DNA of 21,078 nucleotides from a bacterium (GTDB lineage: Bacteria; DUMJ01): the NCBI GenBank assembly GCA_049970495.1, contig JBMFMV010000030.1, forward strand, positions 1 to 21,078. The letters run 5' to 3'. Below the pieces are notes generated by a model. The model did no database searches. It was not told where the DNA came from and worked only from the letters and a program-made list of their open reading frames with translations. The position numbers and the translations under genes are program-made. This document shows positions 1 to 10,079 of the stretch, in pieces. Position 1 is the stretch's first letter. Each line of letters begins with the position of its first letter.

Positions 1-110
1 GGTTTTGTAGTATCTCCAGGACTTCCTCCACATCCAGTGCATCCATATTGTCCCATTACAAATAGACCGAGTATTACAAGAAGTCCAAGAAGCCTTAGAT
101 ATTTTTTCAT
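1..110 (-). CDS. 5' part of a predicted lipoprotein/secreted protein (runs off window)
   Basis: Not in ORF track. Manual translation from ATG (108-110) gives MKKYLRLLGLLVILGLFVMGQYGCTGCGGSPGDTTK. It has a basic N-terminus, a hydrophobic stretch, lipobox-like Cys residues and a G/S/P linker. GGAGG RBS lies about 10 nt upstream. Confidence 0.75.
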   Translation of the reverse strand, partial: MKKYLRLLGLLVILGLFVMGQYGCTGCGGSPGDTTK

Positions 111-357
111 ATCTTTGATCCTCCCTATTATTAAAATTTCTTAAGACTCCTAAACCTCTTCTAAACTTGATAAGACTGCTATCTAAAACTACCTCCCAAA
201 CATTTACGATTGCTTTATTTTTCTATCCTACTCCCATCTTCTTTCATTCTTATCTCCTAGCTAGAATTATATCCCATTTGCCTAGTTTGTCAATGGACCG
301 ATCTTCTTCAAAAAAATCTACTATAGCCTTTTCTTATGATGGGTCAAACCGGTTTTA

Positions 358-1170
358 CTATCTTTTAAATGGCAAATAAAAATTTACCTTCTTCTCTTCC
401 CCTATCTTAAGTTCTCCTATATTACCAATTCCTTCTCCAATAACAATCCCTATTTTATCCGTATAAAGCTTGCAAGTTAATTCTTTCGCATCTAATAGCC
501 CAACATTCTTAAAGACTATCTCTAATTGGATTATCTCCCCTTTTTGTATTATCCTGTCTTTATTTCTCTGAACCTTCCAATTCGTTCATCATAGACCTTA
601 TAAAAGGAATCTCTTGTCCACTAAAATCCTTAAGAGATCTAGGAATAGAGAGAATTAGCTTAATCTCTTTTATCTCACCAGGCTTTATTATATCTATATC
701 TTTATCCATTTCTAAGAGTTCTATCCCTTTCAGAAGGTTAGCTTCTATTCTCATCTTATACCCCTCTCCTATAACCAGTATTCTTTACTGGTATCTTTAT
801 CTGAATTACCTCTTCGTTCTCAATAATTCCGTTACCATTCCCTTTAAGAGGGGGACAGTAATCTTTTCTTTTGGTTGAGTTATTGGTTTATCAATGATCT
901 CTATTTCTTTTAACCTGGGGAAAGATATCTTTGGTAGTCTAGCCTGACGGATTGGCAAGACAAATTTTACTGTTTGAGCGTCAAAACCCCTTCCCTCTTC
1001 CGTTTTGATAGTGATATTCACAACGCTATCCTTTGCATCTATTGGTACAGAAAGAGGGATAATAATTTCTTCCCCATTAACAAATGAATATCTACTTCCT
1101 CATAGGGTGCCATATCTATTTTTAGGTATCTTTTCATCTAGAGCTTCGGGTAGATTATTTTTGAGAATGT
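358..1170 (-). pseudogene. Fragmented gene for a protein with repeated CARDB-like/Ig-like modules
   Basis: ORFs 806..1021 and 560..754 join to out-of-frame segments KGNGNGIIENEEVIQIKIPVKNTG (~770-845) and RNKDRIIQKGEIIQLEIVFKNVG...IGELKIGEEKKVNF (~358-570). These give two copies of a GNGxIxxGExIxLxIxxKNxG module broken by frameshifts and stops. Ends are approximate. Confidence 0.7.
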
Positions 1171-1248
1171 CGCATCTAGATTTAGGTCATCTAAAGCCTT
1201 CTTGTCTTTAAAGTATTTGCATAGTCCTTTTGTTCTTATCACAGTCAT

Positions 1249-1446
1249 CTATCTTCTCCCAAAGACAAGATATACTATAGGTCCTAGCATCTGAAACGCC
1301 AGTATGACTATACCCCATAGGACCTTAGGACCTTTTATCTCCTCTTTCGGTCGTCTTACTAGGTCTACTAGAGCAAAGACCTGAAGTCCTACCTGTATAA
1401 TAAGAATTGGTAAAAGAAGTTTCCAATTTGCCAATACTGGCTCCAT
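1249..1446 (-). CDS. Small two-TM PLDc_N-domain membrane protein
   Basis: 65 aa; ALVDLVRR...K.LWGIVIL...LGPIVYLVFGRR pattern typical of PLDc_N. AGGAG RBS present; last gene of the sdpRI operon. Confidence 0.85.
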   Translation of the reverse strand: MEPVLANWKLLLPILIIQVGLQVFALVDLVRRPKEEIKGPKVLWGIVILAFQMLGPIVYLVFGRR

Positions 1447-1465
1447 AAAAACTTCTCCTTATTTA

Positions 1466-2140
1466 TTAATTTTTAGCAAGCCTCTTAAATACATAGAAGG
1501 AGTACACTATACTTAATATAGAAACGAATAAAATCCCTCCAACACCGACAATAAAATTCATTGGTGGAGAAAGGAATGCTCCCAATAGCATTAGAAGACC
1601 TCCTATTACAAACAGGTATCCTGAAAATTTATGAGTTCTCCTCCATACCTCTTCATTAGATAACGTCCAAGGTGTTCTTACCCCTAAAAACCAGTTATAC
1701 TTTACCTTTGGTAAGAAGTTACCTATAAAGATAAACATCACACCTATTAGAGCCGGAACTAGTCTAGAGATTAGATAATTCTTTCCTGTAAGTACAACCC
1801 CAAGGAGTACGATCTGTAAGATACTAAAGATTAGTACAATTAGAACCCTTATTATTCTATATGTAGATTCAAACCTTATATAGTTTTCTCTTTTGGGGTC
1901 TATATATGGTATGTAGAGGAGTCCTAAATATAGAAGAGCTATCATTATTGGCATTCCAAATGCCCCCCAGAACCTTGAGGAATATTGATCCACCTCTCCT
2001 TTGGCATTCCAATGTGATGGAACTTTTTCTGGAAGTCTAGGATAAAATATTGCTCCTAGAATAAATAAAGATATAACTAGTAGAATTAAGCCCCACTCTT
2101 TCGAAATATACTCTCTATCTACCCTGTATTGATTCTTCAT
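1466..2140 (-). CDS. sdpI: SdpI-family immunity membrane protein (DUF1648 + SdpI)
   Basis: LPEKVPSHWNAKGEVD (DUF1648) and GNFLPKVKYNWFLGVRTPWTLSNEEVWRRTH (SdpI signature); about 6 TM segments. Confidence 0.92.
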   Translation of the reverse strand: MKNQYRVDREYISKEWGLILLVISLFILGAIFYPRLPEKVPSHWNAKGEVDQYSSRFWGAFGMPIMIALLYLGLLYIPYIDPKRENYIRFESTYRIIRVLIVLIFSILQIVLLGVVLTGKNYLISRLVPALIGVMFIFIGNFLPKVKYNWFLGVRTPWTLSNEEVWRRTHKFSGYLFVIGGLLMLLGAFLSPPMNFIVGVGGILFVSILSIVYSFYVFKRLAKN

Positions 2141-2423
2141 CCTCTTTCAAAGCCTCCTTACCTTTTCCTATATTCTCTAGGACCCATAAGATTAACTCCT
2201 GAAACACAGTCATATCTAGAGAATAAAATACGTGTTGACCTCTCTTCTCAGAAGAGATAAGCCCTGCTGATTTCAACACCTCAAGGTGATGTGATATAGT
2301 AGGCCAAGACTGCTGGAAGCTATTTGCTATCTCTCCAGCTGTCAACTCCTTCTCAGAGAGCATCTTCAATATCTTCCTTCTAGTCTTGTCACTCAATGCC
2401 TTAAATATTAAATCTAATGACAT
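2115..2423 (-). CDS. sdpR: ArsR-family autorepressor, SdpR-like
   Basis: FKALSDKTRRKIL...TAGEIA...PTISHHLEVLKSAGL...EKRGQHVFYSL; overlaps the sdpI start. Confidence 0.92.
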   Translation of the reverse strand: MSLDLIFKALSDKTRRKILKMLSEKELTAGEIANSFQQSWPTISHHLEVLKSAGLISSEKRGQHVFYSLDMTVFQELILWVLENIGKGKEALKEDEESIQGR

Positions 2424-2439
2424 ATCTTCTCCAATTTAA

Positions 2440-2490
2440 TATTTAGATAATCGTCTAAATAATATTACAATATTTCTAGAAAAGAATCAA
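2440..2490 (-). promoter_or_regulatory. sdpRI promoter with palindromic operator
   Basis: Minus strand TTGATT (2490-2485), 17 nt spacer, TAATAT (2467-2462). Immediately downstream is the perfect inverted repeat TATTTAGA-N6-TCTAAATA (2440-2461). Confidence 0.7.
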
Positions 2491-2591
2491 GGGCAAAGAT
2501 CACTTTTAAAAGATAATTATATTCCTGTGAAATATTACTCTTGATTCTCTATGATAAAATCTTATTAAGATCTTATATTTAAAGAGGATAG

Positions 2592-3664
2592 ATGTCCAAT
2601 TTCTTACCTATCACTTTGGAAGAGGCTAGAAAGAAGAGGCTGGAAGGAATTAGATGTAATAGTAGTTACAGGTGACGCCTATATTGATCGCCCATCTTTT
2701 GGCTCGGCTGTAATTGGAAGAGTCTTAGAATATTTTGGATTTGAGGAGAAGAGAAAGAGATGCCTATACCCCAGGTGGAATCCCTGGGAAAAGACCTGAT
2801 AGGGCCACAGTAGTTTATTCAAATGTTGTCCACGAGATATATCCGGATATTCCTATTATATTAGGTGGACTTGAGGCTAGTTTGAGAAGATTTTCTCACT
2901 ACGATTTTTGGGAGGATAGGGTAAGACACTCGATTATCTTGGACTCTAGGGCAAAGATAATTGTCTATGGAATGGGAGAGAAACAGATAGTAGAGATTGC
3001 TAAAAGCTTTGCATTGGAGAAGCCTTGATATGGGATATGCCAGATTCCTGGGATTGTTTATGTGCTTAATGAGAGAGAATTTGATGAACTTTTTAGGGAT
3101 AAAGAATATATAATGCTTCCTCCATTTGAAGAGGTATCTCAGGATAAAAACAGATACTTTGATTTTCAGATGTTACTATTGGATGGTATGAAAAAAAGAA
3201 AGATTTTGGTGCAAAGAGATGGAAGAAGGTATATTATTCAAAACCCTCCGCCTGTATATACTACTTGGGACCTTGATCTTATCTATTCTTTACCGTTTCA
3301 GAGATTTCCTCATCCATCTTATAAAGAGAAGATTCCTGCATTAGAAACAGTAATGACATCTATTACTTCTCATAGAGGATGTTTTGGAAGCTGTTCCTTT
3401 TGTTCTCTCAATCTTCATCAAGGATGGCAAGTAATCTCTAGAAGTGAAGAGTCTATACTAGAAGAGGTTTATAATTTGACTAAACGTAATGACTTTAAGG
3501 GAACGATTAATGATGTAGGTGGACCTACGGCTAATATGTATAAGCTGAGGTGTAAACTCTATGGAATTCCTGGCTCATGCACTAATAGAGATTGTTTATT
3601 CCCTAACATGGGACATTATCTAGAGCAGATTCAGGGCTATACGCCACTTCCCCCTAAGATATAG
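2592..3664 (+). pseudogene. ygiQ: YgiQ-family radical SAM protein, pseudogene
   Basis: Starts [12 protein letters not shown] at ATG 2592, then frameshifts near 2636 into [22 protein letters not shown]. An internal deletion plus frameshift near 2743 precedes DAYTPGG...RPDRAT. There is an in-frame TGA at 3026-3028, then HRGCFGSCSFC and DVGGPTANMY. Homology ends after CLFPN (~3607). Confidence 0.9.
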
Positions 3665-3732
3665 AGATAAAGTACCCTTCCCTTTTGGGAAACTTTTCTA
3701 AGAATCTAGTTCTAATATGGGGGAAATTTATC

Positions 3733-5652
3733 TCATTTTTGAATATATGGAAATTGGGCTATCCTAATTTTTGCTCCTCCGTAGGGTATTAATACTACAT
3801 CTTCTATAGGTTTATCAGTACTAACTGGGCTTAATGGAGGTATCCCTGCAGAATTATTTTCTAACTTCCACTCCTCTACTACTCTTGCCTTTCCTTTTAA
3901 TAATATAGGCGGATTATTTGGATTAAATGGCTGAAAAGGAATATCACTTGCCTCTACTGAGAGATATCCTTCAGGATTCTCCTTATCTAAGATAAGAGCA
4001 TAATTCCAAGGACTTTTAGGATATATCTCCCAATCATTGAAAGGGTCTTTTCCCTTTATCTTTTTTCTCTCTTCCTCTATCTTTAGGGCAAATACAAGTG
4101 GTCCCCTTTCTATACTTATAGAATTATTTATCCAAGAATTAGTCCTTATTCTCATAGGAAGCCGAAGCTCTACAGTATCTCCATTATTCCACTCTCTCAG
4201 AATCTTATAATATCTGCCCTGAGTAATATTAGAAAATCTTTTTCCATTAACTCTAATCTCACCAGATTCACACCAAGCTGGTATCCTTAGCCTTAGGGGG
4301 AATGTTACCCTTTCCCTGCATTCTAATGAGAATCTAATATACTCATTAAACGGATAATCTGTCTCTTCTTTTATTGATATATCTACGCCATTTATCTTTG
4401 TATTAACCCTAGAGGGAGCATAGGCAATAGCGGAAAGGCCACCGTCTACTGTAGCAAGCCATAAATTTTTCACAAACTTAGGCCAACCTTGATGCATATT
4501 TGCAGTGCAACAGCCAAAGTTTGGTTCTAGTCCAAAGATATTTGAATCATCATTATTGTTGTACCAGTCTCTCTTTGCTACTGAAACTATGACCTGATTC
4601 ACCTGTTGGTCATACTGATGCGCACACATATCTTCTGTAAAAGTAGCTGGTAAGGCATTGTAAGCTATCTTTTCTAATAAATCCACATATTTTATATTCT
4701 CCTCAGACACTTTTATTATGTTTTGGAGTGAAAACATAAATTCAACTACTGCACATAACTCTGTTCCTTGCGAAGGGCTTCTCCCACTCAGGTGTTCATC
4801 TCCAGTGAACATTCCATTGGCAACACCATGATACCTGGTTAAATTATCTATGGCTAAATCTATAGCCTTTTTATGCTCTTCTTTTCCACTGAGCTGATAA
4901 TACAGTGCAGGATATTTTATGCCCATAGCCACATTAACAACATGGTGAGAATGATAGTTTATAAGTTCGTGAAACTTTAGTTCTTTAAATTTATTCCAGT
5001 CATAGTAATACTTAATGGGTCTTGTATAGGGGAAATTAGTAAATAGCTCTATCCAATCTAGGGTCTGTTTGAATATGATATCAGCAAGGTCTAATAAAAA
5101 TTCTTCCCCTATAATATTGTATAACCAATAGATAGAATATATATTTTCGGCTCCTCTTGCCATAGCCCAACTCTCTAAAGGTCTTTTCTCTATATTCTTC
5201 CTCTGATATATAAAATATCTTTTCATAAATTCTATGACCCTATCATCCTGTGTTGCCTCATAATACTGTATAAATGCTTTTAGCATTATCATCCTAGGCC
5301 ACCAGTCAAGGTTATCCTGAGGTCCAAAGTTTCCTTCTTCTGTCTGGCTATTTAGACTCCAGTTTATCCACTTATTCGCCTTTTCTATCAATTTTTCATC
5401 ATTTAGAAGATAAGCTAGAGGGATCAATCCGTCACAGTAATAAGGTCCCCTTTCCCAGTTTTCTCCACTTCCCCCTAACCAACCACTATTTGGTCCAACA
5501 GAATCCCAAATCTCTTCTAAATTCCCCGTCAGTCCATTAGCCTGAATGATTAACTGATTAAGCAACCATCCTTCTGGTTTTATCGAACCAAGAGGCAGTT
5601 CAATAAATGGAATACTTACTAGCGGCTTTCGATTTGCAAACATACAGTTCAT
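3733..5652 (-). CDS. GH127/GH146-like beta-L-arabinofuranosidase-domain glycoside hydrolase
   Basis: TGDEHLSG...QGTELCAVVE, NFGCCTANMHQGWPK, ETDYPF, LRLRIPAW and ERGPLVFAL motifs; no signal peptide. Confidence 0.9.
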   Translation of the reverse strand: MNCMFANRKPLVSIPFIELPLGSIKPEGWLLNQLIIQANGLTGNLEEIWDSVGPNSGWLGGSGENWERGPYYCDGLIPLAYLLNDEKLIEKANKWINWSLNSQTEEGNFGPQDNLDWWPRMIMLKAFIQYYEATQDDRVIEFMKRYFIYQRKNIEKRPLESWAMARGAENIYSIYWLYNIIGEEFLLDLADIIFKQTLDWIELFTNFPYTRPIKYYYDWNKFKELKFHELINYHSHHVVNVAMGIKYPALYYQLSGKEEHKKAIDLAIDNLTRYHGVANGMFTGDEHLSGRSPSQGTELCAVVEFMFSLQNIIKVSEENIKYVDLLEKIAYNALPATFTEDMCAHQYDQQVNQVIVSVAKRDWYNNNDDSNIFGLEPNFGCCTANMHQGWPKFVKNLWLATVDGGLSAIAYAPSRVNTKINGVDISIKEETDYPFNEYIRFSLECRERVTFPLRLRIPAWCESGEIRVNGKRFSNITQGRYYKILREWNNGDTVELRLPMRIRTNSWINNSISIERGPLVFALKIEEERKKIKGKDPFNDWEIYPKSPWNYALILDKENPEGYLSVEASDIPFQPFNPNNPPILLKGKARVVEEWKLENNSAGIPPLSPVSTDKPIEDVVLIPYGGAKIRIAQFPYIQK

Positions 5653-5669
5653 CCTCCCTTAATTAGTTT

Positions 5670-6299
5670 TTAGAATTCAGGCGTATAGAGTTCTTCTATC
5701 TCTCTCCAGAATGCTTCTCTAATCTTTACATTCCTTATCTGTATATGACTACAGTAGGCTTCAAAGCCAACCTTTGCGTACTTCTTGTTATCTATTGGGT
5801 CGGGGTCTGTGACCTCTAGGAGTAGTCTATCATCTGCACATACAAAACAGTGACCATCAATACTACCACCCAAGATTCTATAGATTTTCCCTGGTTTAAA
5901 CTCAAATAGAGGTGTGCAAGCAGTTAATCTGTACTCTGGAGATTTTTCAATTCCTACCTTTCTATTCCACCAGCCTTCAATACCGGCTACATAGGCGTAT
6001 CCTCTCTGATTTTTCTCTTCATCCCAGCTTCCATTCCACATAAAGTTTATATCATGAGTACAGGGAAGAACAGTTCTTGCTTCAAACTCAACAATTACAT
6101 TCCCAGGGTAGTCTAACTTTGAAATAATCATACCGGGAAAGTTTCCTGGATTTTTTCCAGTTAGCCATTCACCATCAAGGTACCATTCTCCGGTATAGAC
6201 CTTCCAATATCTTTCTAAGACCTCATTACTGAATGGCAAATCATACAATACCTTCCCTTTAGAAGTATCTACCTCTTTCCTTATAAGTCTTACTATCAT
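5670..6299 (-). CDS. Hypothetical protein, probable concanavalin A-like beta-sandwich
   Basis: 209 aa, Trp-rich beta pattern ending KVGFEAYCSHIQIRNVKI, reminiscent of DUF1080-like folds. GGAGG RBS; lies between two glycosidases. Confidence 0.65.
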   Translation of the reverse strand: MIVRLIRKEVDTSKGKVLYDLPFSNEVLERYWKVYTGEWYLDGEWLTGKNPGNFPGMIISKLDYPGNVIVEFEARTVLPCTHDINFMWNGSWDEEKNQRGYAYVAGIEGWWNRKVGIEKSPEYRLTACTPLFEFKPGKIYRILGGSIDGHCFVCADDRLLLEVTDPDPIDNKKYAKVGFEAYCSHIQIRNVKIREAFWREIEELYTPEF

Positions 6300-6311
6300 A
6301 ATTTGCCTCCT

Positions 6312-8933
6312 TTAACTGGTTTTACTCAGATATCTTACTATGCTTTTTAATAAGTATCTACCTGCAGAGTTATACTCTATATTTTCTGCCTGGTCTCCTA
6401 GTCCTCCATTAAATCTCAATGTTGTTGCTATTAAAATTCCTTTACCTATATTAACTTCTATAAGGTAGTGGTCTAGGATATATGTCCTTGTATCGAGTCT
6501 TGAAATTATCCTTTTGGCATTGTATTCTTTCATAACTTCTTTAGGAAAGACCCTATCTGTAGCTAAAGAGTACCACTGCTCTATAGATAATCCATAAGGA
6601 GAGAAACGCTTTAAAACTGGGTGTTCAAATAATACTTGAATAGACTCTCTGAAGAACGGTTTACAACTTGTAGGTAAGTCTCCATCTTCAGGCTGTATAT
6701 ATAGCACCCTGGCACCTTTATAGATTGCATCTAATATATAATCGTCTAATCTTGTAGAGACAAATACCCTTCCCCTAGGCTCTTCTAAGTTAAATCTTAT
6801 AACACCTTTAGGGTCAAATATCTGTACATCATCTATGTTTGTATTAGGGTATATCCAGATATACCAATGGTTTTCAACTATGAGTCCGTTGACTTCTAGA
6901 GAGACTTCTATCCTGAGCCTCTTTGGTGCTGCTACCCTAGGTGCTATAAATTCTATAACATCAATCTCTCCTACGTATCCAGGGTATATAGACCTTCCAA
7001 TGTCATTCTCCTTGAAGAATATAATCTTATTTCCGTCTCTAACTAGGTATTTCAATCCCAGACTCTTTACCCTTTCTGTCCCGTAATAACTCAGTATTAG
7101 ATGAGCCCTTACTAGAGACTTTGCAGAATAGTTAAATCTATCCCACTCTATTAGTCTATCTCCTCCATTTATCCAGTTTCTCTTATTGTCCCATCCTAGA
7201 GATAAGACTATATCATTGTTTATCTTCAAGAATTCTCTCTCTTTAAACTTTTTCTCCATAAGGTCATCGAATATACCGCTAGTAGCTATAGGGGTGTCTC
7301 TCATACTTGTAATGACATAGCCAGAGACTCTCTCATAACTTCTTACTAACTCAAGCACCATCTTCCTGTAGGCGAATGCCTTTTCTTTAGAAGACTCTAC
7401 TAGCTCATCAAGTCTATCTAATAAGCCCTCTTCTTTTAATTTTCCGTACTGATTTTTGTAGTCTACAGGCCAGTCAATTCCGATTTTTGGCTTATTAAGA
7501 TAGAATGGATCCCCTCCATGTTTTTCTCTTAGTCTAACTATATCCCTTACTGTATCAAAATCACAGAATTCCCCAAAGAGCCAAGGTTTCTTCTCCCTCC
7601 AAGATGAGCCAAATCTGTCTATAAGGTCTCTATAGAAGTGAGGGTCGGTGTAGAAGTGATAGTCATAGAAGTCTCCATAGTCCTTTAGTAATCCTCCATA
7701 ACATTCTCCTGAACCACTGTTATCCTTTATAAGTCCACCGTTAATATCCTTTTTTACTGTGTAAAAGAGCCTCTCTATGAATTCCTCGTCTACATCTTTA
7801 TTCATCTCACAGCCTAGCGTCCATATAACTATAGATGGGTGGCTATGAAGATTCTTAACTATTCTTCTATACTGTGTTAATGCGTTTCTTTTAAAATCAC
7901 AAGTGACTTTTGGTAACCACATTGGAAGCTCTTGCCATATAAGTATCCCTTCTCTATCTGCAATCTCAAAATAGTCTTTGGGAGGGACAAAGAGACAGAA
8001 CTTTATGAGGTTAAATCCAAGACTCTTAAGTTCTCTTATCTCTTTAGAAATTGTCTCTCTATCCGGATAAGGGCTTATACTCTCAGGATACCATCCCCAG
8101 TGGAGTATACCTCTAGGATAGATGGGTATATTGTTTAAAAGGATGTGATATCCTTTGTAGTTGATGCTTCTAAATCCTATCTCTGTTTTATATTCATCCA
8201 AGAGCATCTTGCCTTTAAATAGCCTTATACGTAATGTATAGAGGTTAGGTTCTTGGGGCGACCAGAGTTTTGGACCTTTTAGAGACAGTTCAAAACTTGC
8301 TGAAAAATCAGTAGTATGAGATTGGCTTGCTACAACCTCTTCTCCGTCTAGCACATCTAATACCAATTCAACTTTCATATGTCTATTATCAGTATCGGTC
8401 CTTACATATACACTTAACTTGCCATTTTTATCTGTTCTTATAGACACATCATCTATAAATATCTTTTCCTTTATTAAGATCTCTACAGGTTGCCATATCC
8501 CACCAAAGGGGGCATATACATCGGGTAAGAATCCGGCAAGACTTTCCCTCAAAGGTAAATATTTCCCTGGTTTAATAACCTTTACTAGAAGTTCATTCTC
8601 TTCTTTCAGATAAGGAGTTATTTCGATTACAAATGGATCCCATATACCAAGATGTTCTTCTAGAGGAATACCATTTAGCCATACTTTACAATAGGCACTT
8701 ACACCGTTAAACTTTATAAATACCTTCTTTCCGTTTTTTATCTTTTCTAGCTCATCTTTTTCTACATTAAAAATCTTCCTGTAAGTTCCTACCCCTTCAA
8801 TATTTACATCTATCCCTTGGCTCTCCCAGGCAGATGGTACAGGTATTTTCTCCCAAGATGGACCTACCACTTTTGTATAAAATTCTCCTATAGGAGTTAT
8901 TTGAAAGTCCCAATATCCATTTAGATCAACCAT
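6312..8933 (-). CDS. Glycoside hydrolase family 2 protein
   Basis: DLNGYWDF, FNGVSAYCKVWLNG, GGIWQPV, LWSPQEPNLY, IGFRSI, KSLGFNLIK, HPSIVIWTLGCE and PWLFGEF motifs. Confidence 0.9.
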   Translation of the reverse strand: MVDLNGYWDFQITPIGEFYTKVVGPSWEKIPVPSAWESQGIDVNIEGVGTYRKIFNVEKDELEKIKNGKKVFIKFNGVSAYCKVWLNGIPLEEHLGIWDPFVIEITPYLKEENELLVKVIKPGKYLPLRESLAGFLPDVYAPFGGIWQPVEILIKEKIFIDDVSIRTDKNGKLSVYVRTDTDNRHMKVELVLDVLDGEEVVASQSHTTDFSASFELSLKGPKLWSPQEPNLYTLRIRLFKGKMLLDEYKTEIGFRSINYKGYHILLNNIPIYPRGILHWGWYPESISPYPDRETISKEIRELKSLGFNLIKFCLFVPPKDYFEIADREGILIWQELPMWLPKVTCDFKRNALTQYRRIVKNLHSHPSIVIWTLGCEMNKDVDEEFIERLFYTVKKDINGGLIKDNSGSGECYGGLLKDYGDFYDYHFYTDPHFYRDLIDRFGSSWREKKPWLFGEFCDFDTVRDIVRLREKHGGDPFYLNKPKIGIDWPVDYKNQYGKLKEEGLLDRLDELVESSKEKAFAYRKMVLELVRSYERVSGYVITSMRDTPIATSGIFDDLMEKKFKEREFLKINNDIVLSLGWDNKRNWINGGDRLIEWDRFNYSAKSLVRAHLILSYYGTERVKSLGLKYLVRDGNKIIFFKENDIGRSIYPGYVGEIDVIEFIAPRVAAPKRLRIEVSLEVNGLIVENHWYIWIYPNTNIDDVQIFDPKGVIRFNLEEPRGRVFVSTRLDDYILDAIYKGARVLYIQPEDGDLPTSCKPFFRESIQVLFEHPVLKRFSPYGLSIEQWYSLATDRVFPKEVMKEYNAKRIISRLDTRTYILDHYLIEVNIGKGILIATTLRFNGGLGDQAENIEYNSAGRYLLKSIVRYLSKTS

Positions 8934-8979
8934 CTTTTCTCCTTGTAGTTTTATATTGGTTTTATTATACTATAAGATA

Positions 8980-9010
8980 TTGACTTGGAGTTAATTCCAA
9001 GGAATATACT
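8980..9010 (+). promoter_or_regulatory. MerR-type promoter (19-bp spacer with dyad)
   Basis: TTGACT (8980-8985), 19 nt spacer, TATACT (9005-9010). The dyad CTTGGAGTT/AATTCCAAG (8984-9001, one mismatch) overlaps the -35 and the spacer. Confidence 0.8.
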
Positions 9011-9045
9011 TTTACTAAATACATTTGGATAAGGAGGGTTCTTGG

Positions 9046-10068
9046 ATGAAATATAGGAGGCTTGGAAGGACAAATATCGAAGTCTTTCCTATAGGTTTTG
9101 GTGGAATTCCAATACAGAGAGTAAAAGAAGAGGATGCTATAAAAGTTATAAGAAGGGCTATTGAGCTTGGGATTAATTTTATAGATACTGCAAGAGGTTA
9201 TAGAGACAGTGAGATAAAGATTGGAAAGGCGATAAAAGGTTTTAATAAAAGAATATATATCTCTTCGAAGTCTTCAAATAGGACTAAAGATGGTATCTAT
9301 GAGGATGTAAAGACAAGCCTAAAAAATTTAGGGGTAGATAAGATAGATATCTATCATCTCCATGGAGTGAATGATAGGGACTCTTTTAATAAGGTCTTTT
9401 CTCCTGATGGTGCTTACTATGGACTCTTAAAGGCAAAAGAGGAAGGGCTCATAGATTTTATAGCTGTATCTAGTCATAGTACTGACCTATTAAAAGAACT
9501 AATCGCTACTGATAAATTTGATGTTATCCAGCTATGTTACAATTTTATAGAGACAGAGGTAGAAGAAAAGATATTTCCGATGGCTCTTGAAAAGGATATT
9601 GGGATCATTGCTATGAAGCCTATGGGTGGAGGGGTATTTACAGATTCAAAACTAGCATTGAAGTTTGCCCTTCAGAAGGAATTTATAGTTCCAGACCCTG
9701 GAATGGAGAGTATCGAAGAGGTAGAAGAGAATGTAAAAATTGCTATGGAGCTTTTGCCTCTGACAGAAGAGGAGTGGGAAGAGATAGAAAAGATGAGAGA
9801 GGAAATGGGACCAACATTCTGCAGGAGATGTGACTATTGCCAGCCGTGCCCTCAAGGTATTCCTATCTCTACTATTATTAGGGCAGATACGTTCATAAAG
9901 AGACTTCCTAGAGAGGGAATTAGTAGTGGATGGTTTTATGATGCATACTTAAAGGCTCAAAACTGTACGAAGTGTGGTACATGCCTTCCAAGATGCCCTT
10001 ATAAGCTTCCCATCCCTGATATGATAGAAAGGAGTGTACAACTTGTAAGAGAGTATTTGGGGGAGTAA
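9046..10068 (+). CDS. Aldo/keto reductase with C-terminal 4Fe-4S dicluster domain
   Basis: MKYRRLGRT...IGFGG, GINFIDTARGY, AMKPMGGG; C-terminal CRRCDYCQPCP and CTKCGTCLPRCP. Start moved to ATG 9046 after the AAGGAGG RBS. Confidence 0.92.
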   Translation: MKYRRLGRTNIEVFPIGFGGIPIQRVKEEDAIKVIRRAIELGINFIDTARGYRDSEIKIGKAIKGFNKRIYISSKSSNRTKDGIYEDVKTSLKNLGVDKIDIYHLHGVNDRDSFNKVFSPDGAYYGLLKAKEEGLIDFIAVSSHSTDLLKELIATDKFDVIQLCYNFIETEVEEKIFPMALEKDIGIIAMKPMGGGVFTDSKLALKFALQKEFIVPDPGMESIEEVEENVKIAMELLPLTEEEWEEIEKMREEMGPTFCRRCDYCQPCPQGIPISTIIRADTFIKRLPREGISSGWFYDAYLKAQNCTKCGTCLPRCPYKLPIPDMIERSVQLVREYLGE

Positions 10069-10079
10069 AGATATCTAAG

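Noticed and set aside
3026..3028. In-frame TGA in ygiQ as selenocysteine or readthrough
   Set aside because: The gene also has frameshifts, an internal deletion and a truncation, so nonsense decay is the simpler explanation.
167..9855. Short ORFs 167..379, 1005..1211, 6835..7086, 7932..8138, 8419..8613 and 9652..9855
   Set aside because: They lie antisense to real genes or pseudogene fragments and show no family features.
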